A DNA stretch of 64,000 nucleotides from Eledone cirrhosa (lineage: Eukaryota): assembly GCA_964016885.1 (NCBI GenBank), contig CAXHJY010001105.1:124001-188000 (forward strand). Reading direction: 5' to 3'. This document shows, in pieces, positions 15,001 through 28,089 of this stretch (position 1 is its first letter; every line of letters begins with the position of its first letter). Position numbers and translations under genes: made by a program. The notes below the pieces were generated by a model. That model was given only the letters and a program-made list of their open reading frames with translations, was not told the DNA's origin and made no database searches.

Positions 15001-18000
15001 TGGTCATGTAGGTGACACAACAAAAAGTACCCAGTCCACTCTGTAAAGTGGTCATGTAGGTGTCACAACAAAAAGTACCCAGTCCACTCTGTAAAGTGGT
15101 CATGTAGGTGTCACAACAAAAAGTACCCAGTCTACACTGTAAAGTGGTCATGTAGGTGTGTTACAACAAAAAGTACCCAGTCTACACTGTAAAGTGGTCA
15201 TGTAGGTGTCACAACAAAAATTAGCCAGTCCACACTGTAAAGTGGTCATGTAGGTGTCACTGCAAATAGTACCCAGTACACACTGTAAAGTGGTCATGTA
15301 GGTGTCACAACAAAATGTACCCAGTCCACACTGTAAAGTGGTCATGTAGGTGTCACAAACAAAATGTACCCAGTACACACTGTAAAGTGGTGATGTAGGT
15401 GTCACAACAAAAAGTACCCAGTCCACACTGTAAAGTGGTCATGTAGGTGTCACAACAAAAAGGACCCAGTCCACACTGTAAAGTGGTCATGTAGGTGTCA
15501 CAACAAAAAGCACCCGGTCCACACTGTAAAGTGGTCATGTAGGTGTCATGACAAACAACACTCAGTCCACACTGTAAAGTGGTCATGTAGGTGTCACAAC
15601 AAAAAGTACCCAGTCCACACTGTAAAGTGGTCATCTAGGTGTCACAACAAATAGTACCCAGTCCACACTGTAAAGTGTTCATGTAGGTGTCACAACAAAA
15701 AGTAGCCAGTCCACACTGTAAAGTGGTCATGTAGGTGTCACAACAAACAACACCCAGTCCACACTGTAAAGTGGTCATGTAGGTGACACAACAAAAAGTA
15801 CCCAGTCCACTCTGTAAAGTGGTCATGTAGGTGTCACAACAAAAAGTACCCAGTCCACTCTGTAAAGTGGTCATGTAGGTGTCACAACAAAAAGTACCCA
15901 GTCTACACTGTAAAGTGGTCATGTAGGTGTGTTACAACAAAAAGTACCCAGTCTACACTGTAAAGTGGTCATGTAGGTGTCACAACAAAAAGTAGCCAGT
16001 CCACACTGTAAAGTGGTCATGTAGGTGTCACAGCAAATAGTACCCAGTACACACTGTAAAGTGGTCATGTAGGTGTCACAACAAAATGTACCCAGTCCAC
16101 ACTGTAAAGTAGGTGTCACAAACAAAATGTACCCAGTACACACTGTAAAGTGGTGATGTAGGTGTCACAACAAAAAGTACCCAGTCCACACTGTAAAGTG
16201 GTCATGTAGGTGTCACAACAAAAAGCACCCGGTCCACACTGTAAAGTGGTCATGTAGGTGTCATGACAAACAACACCCAGTCCACACTGTAAAGTGGTCA
16301 TGTAGGTGTCATGACAAAACGTACCCAGTCCACACTGTAAAGTGGTTATGTAGGTGTCACAACAAAAAGCACCCAGTCCACACTGTAAAGTGGTCATGTC
16401 AGTGTCACAACAAAAAGCACCCAGTCCACACTGTAAAGTGGTCATGTAGGTGTCACAACAAAACATACCCAGTCCACACTGTAAAGTAGTCATGTAGGTG
16501 TCACAACAAAAAGTACCCAGTCCACACTGTAAAGTGGTCATGTAGGTGTCACAACAAAAAGTACCCAGTCCACACTGTAAAGTGGTCATGTAGGTGTCAC
16601 AACAAACAACGCCCAGTCCACACTGTAAAGTGGTCATGTAGGTTTCACAACAAAAAGTACCCAGTCCACACTGTAAAGTGGTCATGTATGTGTCACAACA
16701 AAAAGTACCCAGTCCACACTGTAAAGTGGTCATGTAGGTATCACAACAAAAAGTACCCAGTCCACACTGTAAAGTGGTCATGTAGGTGTCACAACAAACA
16801 ACACCCAGTCCACACTGTAAAGTGGTCATGTAGGTGTCACAACAAAAAGTACCCAGTCCACACTGTAAAGTGGTCATGTAGGTGTCACAACAAAAAGTAC
16901 CCAGTCCACACTGTAAAGTGGTCATGTAGGTGTCACAACAAAACGTACCCAGTCCACACTGTAAAGTGGTCATGTAGGTGTCACAACAAACAACACCCAG
17001 TCCACACTGTAAAGTGGTCATGTAGGTGTCACAACAAAAAGTACCCAGTCCACACTGTAAAGTGGTCATGTAGGTGTCACAACAAAAAGTACCCAGTCCA
17101 CACTGTAAAGTGGTCATGTAGGTGTCACAACAAACAACACCCAGTCCACACTGTAAAGTGGTCATGTAGGTGTCACAACAAAAAGTACCCAGTCCACACT
17201 GTAAAGTGGTCATGTAGGTGTCACAACAAAAAGTACCCAGTCCACACTGTAAAGTGGTCATGTAGGTGTCACAACAAAAAGTACCCAGTCCACACTGTAA
17301 AGTGGTCATGTAGGTGTCACAACAAACAACACCGAGTCCACACTGTAAAGTGTTCATGTAGGTTTCACAACAAAAAGTACCCAGTCCACACTGTAAAGTG
17401 GTCATGTATGTGTCACAACAAAAAGTACCCAGTCCACACTGTAAAGTGGTCATGTAGGTATCACAACAAAAAGTACCCAGTCCACACTGTAAAGTGGTCA
17501 TGTAGGTGTCACAACAAACAACACCCAGTCCACACTGTAAAGTGGTCATGTAGGTGTCACAACAAAAAGTACCCAGTCCACACTGTAAAGTGGTCATGTA
17601 GGTGTCACAACAAAAAGTACCCAGTCCACACTGTAAAGTGGTCATCTAGGTGTCACAACAAATAGTACCCAGTCCACACTGTAAAGTGTTCATGTAGGTG
17701 TCACAACAAAAAGTACCCAGTCCACACTGTAAAGTGGTCATGTAGGTGTCACAACAAACAACACCCAGTCCACACTGTAAAGTGGTCATGTAGGTGACAC
17801 AACAAAAAGTACCCAGTCCACTCTGTAAAGTGGTCATGTAGGTGTCACAACAAAAAGTACCCAGTCCACTCTGTAAAGTGGTCATGTAGGTGTCACAACA
17901 AAAAGTACCCAGTCTACACTGTAAAGTGGTCATGTAGGTGTGTTACAACAAAAAGTACCCAGTCTACACTGTAAAGTGGTGATGTAGGTGTCACAACAAA

Positions 18001-21000
18001 AAGTAGCCAGTCCACACTGTAAAGTGGTCATGTAGGTGTCACAGCAAATAGTACCCAGTACACACTGTAAAGTGGTCATGTAGGTGTCACAACAAAATGT
18101 TCCCAGTCCACACTGTAAAGTGGTCATGTGGGTGTCACAAACAAAATGTACCCAGTACACACTGTAAAGTGGTGATGTAGGTGTCACAACAAAAAGTACC
18201 CAGTCCACACTGTAAAGTGGTCATGTAGGTGTCACAACAAAAAGTACCCAGTCCACACTGTAAAGTGGTCATGTAGGTGTCACAACAAAAAGCACCCGGT
18301 CCACACTGTAAAGTGGTCATGTAGGTGTCATGACAAACAACACCCAGTCCACACTGTAAAGTGGTCATGTAGGTGTCATGACAAAACGTACCCAGTCCAC
18401 ACTGTAAAGTGGTTATGTAGGTGTCACAACAAAAAGCACCCAGTCCACACTGTAAAGTGGTCATGTCAGTGTCTCAACAAAAAGCACCCAGTCCACACTG
18501 TAAAGTGGTCATGTAGGTGTCACAACAAAACATACCCAGTCCACACTGTAAAGTAGTCATGTAGGTGTCACAACAAAAAGTACCCAGTCCACACTGTAAA
18601 GTGGTCATGTAGGTGTCACAACAAAAAGTACCCAGTCCACACTGTAAAGTGGTCATGTAGGTGTCACAACAAACAACACCCAGTCCACACTGTAAAGTGG
18701 TCATGTAGGTTTCACAACAAAAAGTACCCAGTCCACACTGTAAAGTGGTCATGTATGTGTCACAACAAAAGGTACCCAGTCCACACTGTAAAGTGGTCAT
18801 GTAGGTATCACAACAAAAAGTACCCAGTCCACACTGTAAAGTGGTCATGTAGGTGTCACAACAAACAACACCCAGTCCACACTGTAAAGTGGTCATGTAG
18901 GTGTCACAACAAAAAGTACCCAGTCCACACTGTAAAGTGGTCATGTAGGTGTCACAACAAAAAGTACCCAGTCCACACTGTAAAGTGGTCATGTAGGTGT
19001 CACAACAAAAAGTACCCAGTCCACACTGTAAAGTGGTCATCTAGGTGTCACAACAAATAGTACCCAGTCCACACTGTAAAGTGTTCATGTAGGTGTCACA
19101 ACAAAAAGTACCCAGTCCACACTGTAAAGTGGTCATGTAGGTGTCACAACAAACAACACCCAGTCCACACTGTAAAGTGGTCATGTAGGTGACACAACAA
19201 AAAGTACCCAGTCCACTCTGTAAAGTGGTCATGTAGGTGTCACAACAAAAAGTACCCAGTCCACTCTGTAAAGTGGTCATGTAGGTGTCACAACAAAAAG
19301 TACCCAGTCTACACTGTAAAGTGGTCATGTAGGTGTGTTACAACAAAAAGTACCCAGTCTACACTGTAAAGTGGTCATGTAGGTGTCACAACAAAAAGTA
19401 GCCAGTCGACACTGTAAAGTGGTCATGTAGGTGTCACAACAAAATGTACCCAGTCCACACTGTAAAGTGGTCATGTAGGTGTCACAAACAAAATGTACCC
19501 AGTACACACTGTAAAGTGGTGATGTAGGTGTCACAACAAAAAGTACCCAGTCCACACTGTAAAGTGGTCATGTAGGTGTCACAACAAAAAGTACCCAGTC
19601 CACACTGTAAAGTGGTCATGTAGGTGTCACAACAAAAAGCACCCGGTCCACACTGTAAAGTGGTCATGTAGGTGTCATGACAAACAACACCCAGTCCACA
19701 CTATAAAGTGGTCATGTAGGTGTCATGACGAAACGTACCCAGTCCACACTGTAAAGTGGTTATGTAGGTGTCACAACAAAAAGCACCCAGTCCACACTGT
19801 AAAGTGGTCATGTCAGTGTCACAACAAAAAGCACCCAGTCCACACTGTAAAGTGGTCATGTAGGTGTCACAACAAAACATACCCAGTCCACACTGTAAAG
19901 TAGTCATGTAGGTGTCACAACAAAAAGTACCCAGTCCACACTGTAAAGTGGTCATGTAGGTGTCACAACAAAAAGTACCCAGTCCACACTGTAAAGTGGT
20001 CATGTAGGTGTCACAACAAAAAGTACCCAGTCCACACTGTAAAGTGGTCATCTAGGTGTCACAACAAATAGTACCCAGTCCACACTGTAAAGTGTTCATG
20101 TAGGTGTCACAACAAAAAGTACCCAGTCCACACTGTAAAGTGGTCATGTAGGTGTCACAACAAACAACACCCAGTCCACACTGTAAAGTGGTCATGTAGG
20201 TGACACAACAAAAAGTACCCAGTCCACTCTGTAAAGTGGTCATGTAGGTGTCACAACAAAAAGTACCCAGTCCACTCTGTAAAGTGGTCATGTAGGTGTC
20301 ACAACAAAAAGTACCCAGTCTACACTGTAAAGTGGTCATGTAGGTGTGTTACAACAAAAAGTACCCAGTCTACACTGTAAAGTGGTCATGTAGGTGTCAC
20401 AACAAAAATTAGCCAGTCCACACTGTAAAGTGGTCATGTAGGTGTCACTGCAAATAGTACCCAGTACACACTGTAAAGTGGTCATGTAGGTGTCACAACA
20501 AAATGTACCCAGTCCACACTGTAAAGTGGTCATGTAGGTGTCACAAACAAAATGTACCCAGTACACACTGTAAAGTGGTGATGTAGGTGTCACAACAAAA
20601 AGTACCCAGTCCACACTGTAAAGTGGTCATGTAGGTGTCACAACAAAAAGGACCCAGTCCACACTGTAAAGTGGTCATGTAGGTGTCACAACAAAAAGCA
20701 CCCGGTCCACACTGTAAAGTGGTCATGTAGGTGTCATGACAAACAACACTCAGTCCACACTGTAAAGTGGTCATGTAGGTGTCACAACAAAAAGTACCCA
20801 GTCCACACTGTAAAGTGGTCATCTAGGTGTCACAACAAATAGTACCCAGTCCACACTGTAAAGTGTTCATGTAGGTGTCACAACAAAAAGTAGCCAGTCC
20901 ACACTGTAAAGTGGTCATGTAGGTGTCACAACAAACAACACCCAGTCCACACTGTAAAGTGGTCATGTAGGTGACACAACAAAAAGTACCCAGTCCACTC

Positions 21001-24000
21001 TGTAAAGTGGTCATGTAGGTGTCACAACAAAAAGTACCCAGTCCACTCTGTAAAGTGGTCATGTAGGTGTCACAACAAAAAGTACCCAGTCTACACTGTA
21101 AAGTGGTCATGTAGGTGTGTTACAACAAAAAGTACCCAGTCTACACTGTAAAGTGGTCATGTAGGTGTCACAACAAAAAGTAGCCAGTCCACACTGTAAA
21201 GTGGTCATGTAGGTGTCACAGCAAATAGTACCCAGTACACACTGTAAAGTGGTCATGTAGGTGTCACAACAAAATGTACCCAGTCCACACTGTAAAGTAG
21301 GTGTCACAAACAAAATGTACCCAGTACACACTGTAAAGTGGTGATGTAGGTGTCACAACAAAAAGTACCCAGTCCACACTGTAAAGTGGTCATGTAGGTG
21401 TCACAACAAAAAGCACCCGGTCCACACTGTAAAGTGGTCATGTAGGTGTCATGACAAACAACACCCAGTCCACACTGTAAAGTGGTCATGTAGGTGTCAT
21501 GACAAAACGTACCCAGTCCACACTGTAAAGTGGTTATGTAGGTGTCACAACAAAAAGCACCCAGTCCACACTGTAAAGTGGTCATGTCAGTGTCACAACA
21601 AAAAGCACCCAGTCCACACTGTAAAGTGGTCATGTAGGTGTCACAACAAAACATACCCAGTCCACACTGTAAAGTAGTCATGTAGGTGTCACAACAAAAA
21701 GTACCCAGTCCACACTGTAAAGTGGTCATGTAGGTGTCACAACAAAAAGTACCCAGTCCACACTGTAAAGTGGTCATGTAGGTGTCACAACAAACAACGC
21801 CCAGTCCACACTGTAAAGTGGTCATGTAGGTTTCACAACAAAAAGTACCCAGTCCACACTGTAAAGTGGTCATGTATGTGTCACAACAAAAAGTACCCAG
21901 TCCACACTGTAAAGTGGTCATGTAGGTATCACAACAAAAAGTACCCAGTCCACACTGTAAAGTGGTCATGTAGGTGTCACAACAAACAACACCCAGTCCA
22001 CACTGTAAAGTGGTCATGTAGGTGTCACAACAAAAAGTACCCAGTCCACACTGTAAAGTGGTCATGTAGGTGTCACAACAAAAAGTACCCAGTCCACACT
22101 GTAAAGTGGTCATGTAGGTGTCACAACAAAAAGTACCCAGTCCACACTGTAAAGTGGTCATCTAGGTGTCACAACAAATAGTACCCAGTCCACACTGTAA
22201 AGTGTTCATGTAGGTGTCACAACAAAAAGTACCCAGTCCACACTGTAAAGTGGTCATGTAGGTGTCACAACAAACAACACCCAGTCCACACTGTAAAGTG
22301 GTCATGTAGGTGACACAACAAAAAGTACCCAGTCCACTCTGTAAAGTGGTCATGTAGGTGTCACAACAAAAAGTACCCAGTCCACTCTGTAAAGTGGTCA
22401 TGTAGGTGTCACAACAAAAAGTACCCAGTCTACACTGTAAAGTGGTCATGTAGGTGTGTTACAACAAAAAGTACCCAGTCTACACTGTAAAGTGGTCATG
22501 TAGGTGTCACAACAAAAAGTAGCCAGTCCACACTGTAAAGTGGTCATGTAGGTGTCACAGCAAATAGTACCCAGTACACACTGTAAAGTGGTCATGTAGG
22601 TGTCACAACAAAATGTACCCAGTCCACACTGTAAAGTGGTCATGTAGGTGTCACAAACAAAATGTACCCAGTACACACTGTAAAGTGGTGATGTAGGTGT
22701 CACAACAAAAAGTACCCAGTCCACACTGTAAAGTGGTCATGTAGGTGTCACAACAAAAAGTACCCAGTCCACACTGTAAAGTGGTCATGTAGGTGTCACA
22801 ACAAAAAGCACCCGGTCCACACTGTAAAGTGGTCATGTAGGTGTCATGACAAACAACACCCAGTCCACACTATAAAGTGGTCATGTAGGTGTCATGACGA
22901 AACGTACCCAGTCCACACTGTAAAGTGGTTATGTAGGTGTCACAACAAAAAGCACCCAGTCCACACTGTAAAGTGGTCATGTCAGTGTCACAACAAAAAG
23001 CACCCAGTCCACACTGTAAAGTGGTCATGTAGGTGTCACAACAAAACATACCCAGTCCACACTGTAAAGTAGTCATGTAGGTGTCACAACAAAAAGTACC
23101 CAGTCCACACTGTAAAGTGGTCATGTAGGTGTCACAACAAAAAGTACCCAGTCCACACTGTAAAGTGGTCATGTAGGTGTCACAACAAAAAGTACCCAGT
23201 CCACACTGTAAAGTGGTCATCTAGGTGTCACAACAAATAGTACCCAGTCCACACTGTAAAGTGTTCATGTAGGTGTCACAACAAAAAGTACCCAGTCCAC
23301 ACTGTAAAGTGGTCATGTAGGTGTCACAACAAACAACACCCAGTCCACACTGTAAAGTGGTCATGTAGGTGACACAACAAAAAGTACCCAGTCCACTCTG
23401 TAAAGTGGTCATGTAGGTGTCACAACAAAAAGTACCCAGTCCACTCTGTAAAGTGGTCATGTAGGTGTCACAACAAAAAGTACCCAGTCTACACTGTAAA
23501 GTGGTCATGTAGGTGTGTTACAACAAAAAGTACCCAGTCTACACTGTAAAGTGGTCATGTAGGTGTCACAACAAAAATTAGCCAGTCCACACTGTAAAGT
23601 GGTCATGTAGGTGTCACTGCAAATAGTACCCAGTACACACTGTAAAGTGGTCATGTAGGTGTCACAACAAAATGTACCCAGTCCACACTGTAAAGTGGTC
23701 ATGTAGGTGTCACAAACAAAATGTACCCAGTACACACTGTAAAGTGGTGATGTAGGTGTCACAACAAAAAGTACCCAGTCCACACTGTAAAGTGGTCATG
23801 TAGGTGTCACAACAAAAAGGACCCAGTCCACACTGTAAAGTGGTCATGTAGGTGTCACAACAAAAAGCACCCGGTCCACACTGTAAAGTGGTCATGTAGG
23901 TGTCATGACAAACAACACTCAGTCCACACTGTAAAGTGGTCATGTAGGTGTCACAACAAAAAGTACCCAGTCCACACTGTAAAGTGGTCATCTAGGTGTC

Positions 24001-27000
24001 ACAACAAATAGTACCCAGTCCACACTGTAAAGTGTTCATGTAGGTGTCACAACAAAAAGTAGCCAGTCCACACTGTAAAGTGGTCATGTAGGTGTCACAA
24101 CAAACAACACCCAGTCCACACTGTAAAGTGGTCATGTAGGTGACACAACAAAAAGTACCCAGTCCACTCTGTAAAGTGGTCATGTAGGTGTCACAACAAA
24201 AAGTACCCAGTCCACTCTGTAAAGTGGTCATGTAGGTGTCACAACAAAAAGTACCCAGTCTACACTGTAAAGTGGTCATGTAGGTGTGTTACAACAAAAA
24301 GTACCCAGTCTACACTGTAAAGTGGTCATGTAGGTGTCACAACAAAAAGTAGCCAGTCCACACTGTAAAGTGGTCATGTAGGTGTCACAGCAAATAGTAC
24401 CCAGTACACACTGTAAAGTGGTCATGTAGGTGTCACAACAAAATGTACCCAGTCCACACTGTAAAGTAGGTGTCACAAACAAAATGTACCCAGTACACAC
24501 TGTAAAGTGGTGATGTAGGTGTCACAACAAAAAGTACCCAGTCCACACTGTAAAGTGGTCATGTAGGTGTCACAACAAAAAGCACCCGGTCCACACTGTA
24601 AAGTGGTCATGTAGGTGTCATGACAAACAACACCCAGTCCACACTGTAAAGTGGTCATGTAGGTGTCATGACAAAACGTACCCAGTCCACACTGTAAAGT
24701 GGTTATGTAGGTGTCACAACAAAAAGCACCCAGTCCACACTGTAAAGTGGTCATGTCAGTGTCACAACAAAAAGCACCCAGTCCACACTGTAAAGTGGTC
24801 ATGTAGGTGTCACAACAAAACATACCCAGTCCACACTGTAAAGTAGTCATGTAGGTGTCACAACAAAAAGTACCCAGTCCACACTGTAAAGTGGTCATGT
24901 AGGTGTCACAACAAAAAGTACCCAGTCCACACTGTAAAGTGGTCATGTAGGTGTCACAACAAACAACGCCCAGTCCACACTGTAAAGTGGTCATGTAGGT
25001 TTCACAACAAAAAGTACCCAGTCCACACTGTAAAGTGGTCATGTATGTGTCACAACAAAAAGTACCCAGTCCACACTGTAAAGTGGTCATGTAGGTATCA
25101 CAACAAAAAGTACCCAGTCCACACTGTAAAGTGGTCATGTAGGTGTCACAACAAACAACACACAGTCCACACTGTAAAGTGGTCATGTAGGTGTCACAAC
25201 AAAAAGTACCCAGTCCACACTGTAAAGTGGTCATGTAGGTGTCACAACAAAAAGTACCCAGTCCACACTGTAAAGTGGTCATGTAGGTGTCACAACAAAA
25301 AGTACCCAGTCCACACTGTAAAGTGGTCATCTAGGTGTCACAACAAATAGTACCCAGTCCACACTGTAAAGTGTTCATGTAGGTGTCACAACAAAAAGTA
25401 CCCAGTCCACACTGTAAAGTGGTCATGTAGGTGTCACAACAAACAACACCCAGTCCACACTGTAAAGTGGTCATGTAGGTGACACAACAAAAAGTACCCA
25501 GTCCACTCTGTAAAGTGGTCATGTAGGTGTCACAACAAAAAGTACCCAGTCCACTCTGTAAAGTGGTCATGTAGGTGTCACAACAAAAAGTACCCAGTCT
25601 ACACTGTAAAGTGGTCATGTAGGTGTGTTACAACAAAAAGTACCCAGTCTACACTGTAAAGTGGTCATGTAGGTGTCACAACAAAAAGTAGCCAGTCCAC
25701 ACTGTAAAGTGGTCATGTAGGTGTCACAGCAAATAGTACCCAGTACACACTGTAAAGTGGTCATGTAGGTGTCACAACAAAATGTACCCAGTCCACACTG
25801 TAAAGTGGTCATGTAGGTGTCACAAACAAAATGTACCCAGTACACACTGTAAAGTGGTGATGTAGGTGTCACAACAAAAAGTACCCAGTCCACACTGTAA
25901 AGTGGTCATGTAGGTGTCACAACAAAAAGGACCCAGTCCACACTGTAAAGTGGTCATGTAGGTGTCACAACAAAAAGCACCCGGTCAACACTGTAAAGTG
26001 GTCATGTAGGTGTCATGACAAACAACACCCAGTCCACACTGTAAAGTGGTCATGTAGGTGTCATGACAAAACGTACCCAGTCCACACTGTAAAGTGGTTA
26101 TGTAGGTGTCACAACAAAAAGCACCCAGTCCACACTGTAAAGTGGTCATGTCAGTGTCACAACAAAAAGCACCCAGTCCACACTGTAAAGTGGTCATGTA
26201 GGTGTCACAACAAAACATACCCAGTCCACACTGTAAAGTAGTCATGTAGGTGTCACAACAAAAAGTACCTAGTCCACACTGTAAAGTGGTCATGTAGGTG
26301 TCACAACCAAAAGTACCCAGTCCACACTGTAAAGTGGTCATGTAGGTGTCACAACAAAAAGTACCCAGTCCACACTGTAAAGTGGTCATGTAGGTGTCAC
26401 AACAAAAAGTACCCAGTCCACACTGTAAAGTGGTCATGTAGGTGTCACAACAAAAAGTACCCAGTCCACACTGTAAAGTGGTCATGTAGGTGTCACAACA
26501 AACAACACCCAGTCCACACTGTAAAGTGGTCATGTAGGTGTCACAACAAAAAGTACCCAGTCCACACTGTAAAGTGGTCATGTAGGTGTCACAACAAAAA
26601 GTACCCAGTACACACTGTAAAGTGGTCATCTAGGTGTCACAACAAATAGTACCCAGTCCACACTGTAAAGTGCTCATGTAGGTGTCATGACAAAAAGTAC
26701 CCAGTCCACACTGTAAAGTAGTCATGTAGGTGTCACAACAAAAAGTACCCAGTCCACACTGTAAAGTGGTCATGTAGGTGTCACAGCAAATAGTACTCAG
26801 TCCACACTGTAAAGTGGTCATATAGGTGTCACAACAAAAAGCACCCAGTCCACACTGTAAAGTGGTCATGTAGGTGTCATGACAAAATGTACCCAGTCCA
26901 CACTGTAAAGTGGTCATGTAGGTGTCATGACAGCAAGTACCCAGTCCACACTGTAAAGTAGTCATGTAGGTGTCACAACAAAAAGTACCCAGTCCACACT

Positions 27001-27412
27001 GTAAAGTGGTCATGTAGGTGTCACAGCAAATAGTACCCAGTCCACACTGTAAAGTGGTCATGTAGGTGTCACAACAAAAAGCACCCAGTCCACACTGTAA
27101 AGTGGTCATGTAGGTGTCATGACAAAAAGTACCCAGTCCACACTGTAAAGTGGTCATGTAGGTGTCATGACAAAAAACACCCAGTCCACACTGTAAAGTG
27201 GTCATGTAGGTGTCATGACAGAAAGTACCCAGTACACACTGTAAAGTGGTATAGTAGGTGTCATGACAAATAGTACCCAGTCTACACTGTAAAGTGGTAT
27301 AGTAGGTGTCATGACAAATAGTACCCAGTCTACACTGTAAAGTGGTCATGTAGGTGTCACAACAAAAAGTACCCAGTCCACACTGTAAAGTGGTCATGTA
27401 GGTGTCACAACA
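1..27412. repeat. 48-bp satellite array (~570 monomers, runs off the window start), consensus AAGTGGTCATGTAGGTGTCACAACAAAAAGTACCCAGTCCACACTGTA, with higher-order structure
   Basis: 48-nt period read directly (16-aa period in the ORF track). Diagnostic variants recur at 3412, 2980, 5188 and 3169 bp spacings. The array ends at ...GGTGTCACAACA|GATGGTC. Confidence 0.98.
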
Positions 27413-27656
27413 GATGGTCAAATCGACCCACGTTGAGCAATAAAAAATCGATATCAAAATTATCGGTAGCAAAATTGATGTAAGGGAGATAACCAACTTT
27501 ATTGACAATCCGTATAAAAAAGGGAGATAACCAAATTTATTGACAGAAATATAAACATCAGAATCATTTGAAGATAAATCACTAATATTATCGTTTGTTT
27601 CTTGTTTATTCTTTGTTGCATTTCAAACCCCTGGCAACGCCGAGTAGATCTGCTAG
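27413..27656 (+). mobile_element. Putative Helitron-like element 3' end (non-autonomous remnant)
   Basis: Imperfect GC-rich hairpin CCCTGGCAACGCCGAG about 10 nt upstream of TCTGCTAG|T (CTAG at 27653-27656, followed by T), which is the canonical Helitron 3' signature. Also a short internal duplication AAGGGAGATAACCAA(C/A)TTTATTGACA. Confidence 0.5.
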
Positions 27657-27732
27657 TATATAATAGAATAAATATGGTTTCATAAATATAGTTTCCATTT
27701 ATTAATATCATTTTAATATATATATATATATA

Positions 27733-27890
27733 TCATCATCATCATCCTTTAACGTCTCTCTTCCACGCTAGCATGGGTTTAGACGGGAGTTATCCCACTT
27801 GAGGCAAGATTGGTTGTCTTGCTCGTATAGGACTGTCTGGCAGGTTTTCTACGGCTGGATGCCCTTCCTAACACCAACCACATTTACATC
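27733..27890 (-). mobile_element. SINE fragment with (ATG)n tail
   Basis: Plus strand has (CAT)n then TTTAACGTC..TTCCACGCTAGCATGGG and TTTCTACGGCTGGATGCCCTTCCTAACACCAACCAC. The minus-strand GGTTGGTGTTAGGAAGGGCATCCAGCCGTAGAAA resembles a conserved SINE central domain (recognised from memory). Confidence 0.6.
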
Positions 27891-28089
27891 AGGAAGATAG
27901 AGAAAGAAGACAAAAAGAAGAAATAAAGCAATACTTTACTCACGGTGCATTGTAACTTCCCCAGTAGGTGGCGCTCTTCAGTCGTTGTGTCATGTCTCGG
28001 TACATTATGTAACCACTGGTAGAAGAGAGAAACAAGAGTTTATGGTTTATGAACATGGTCAACAATTTCGAACATTAAGGATTCTAAGG

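Noticed and set aside
352-27508. Dozens of Cys-rich ORFs (MTTLQCGLGTFCCDTY)n and (HNKKYPVHTVKWSCRC)n, superficially like metallothionein, keratin-associated or zinc-finger proteins
   Set aside because: They are translations of a 48-bp (3n) satellite that is open on both strands and broken by indels and stops repeating with the HORs. There is no unique domain or gene structure.
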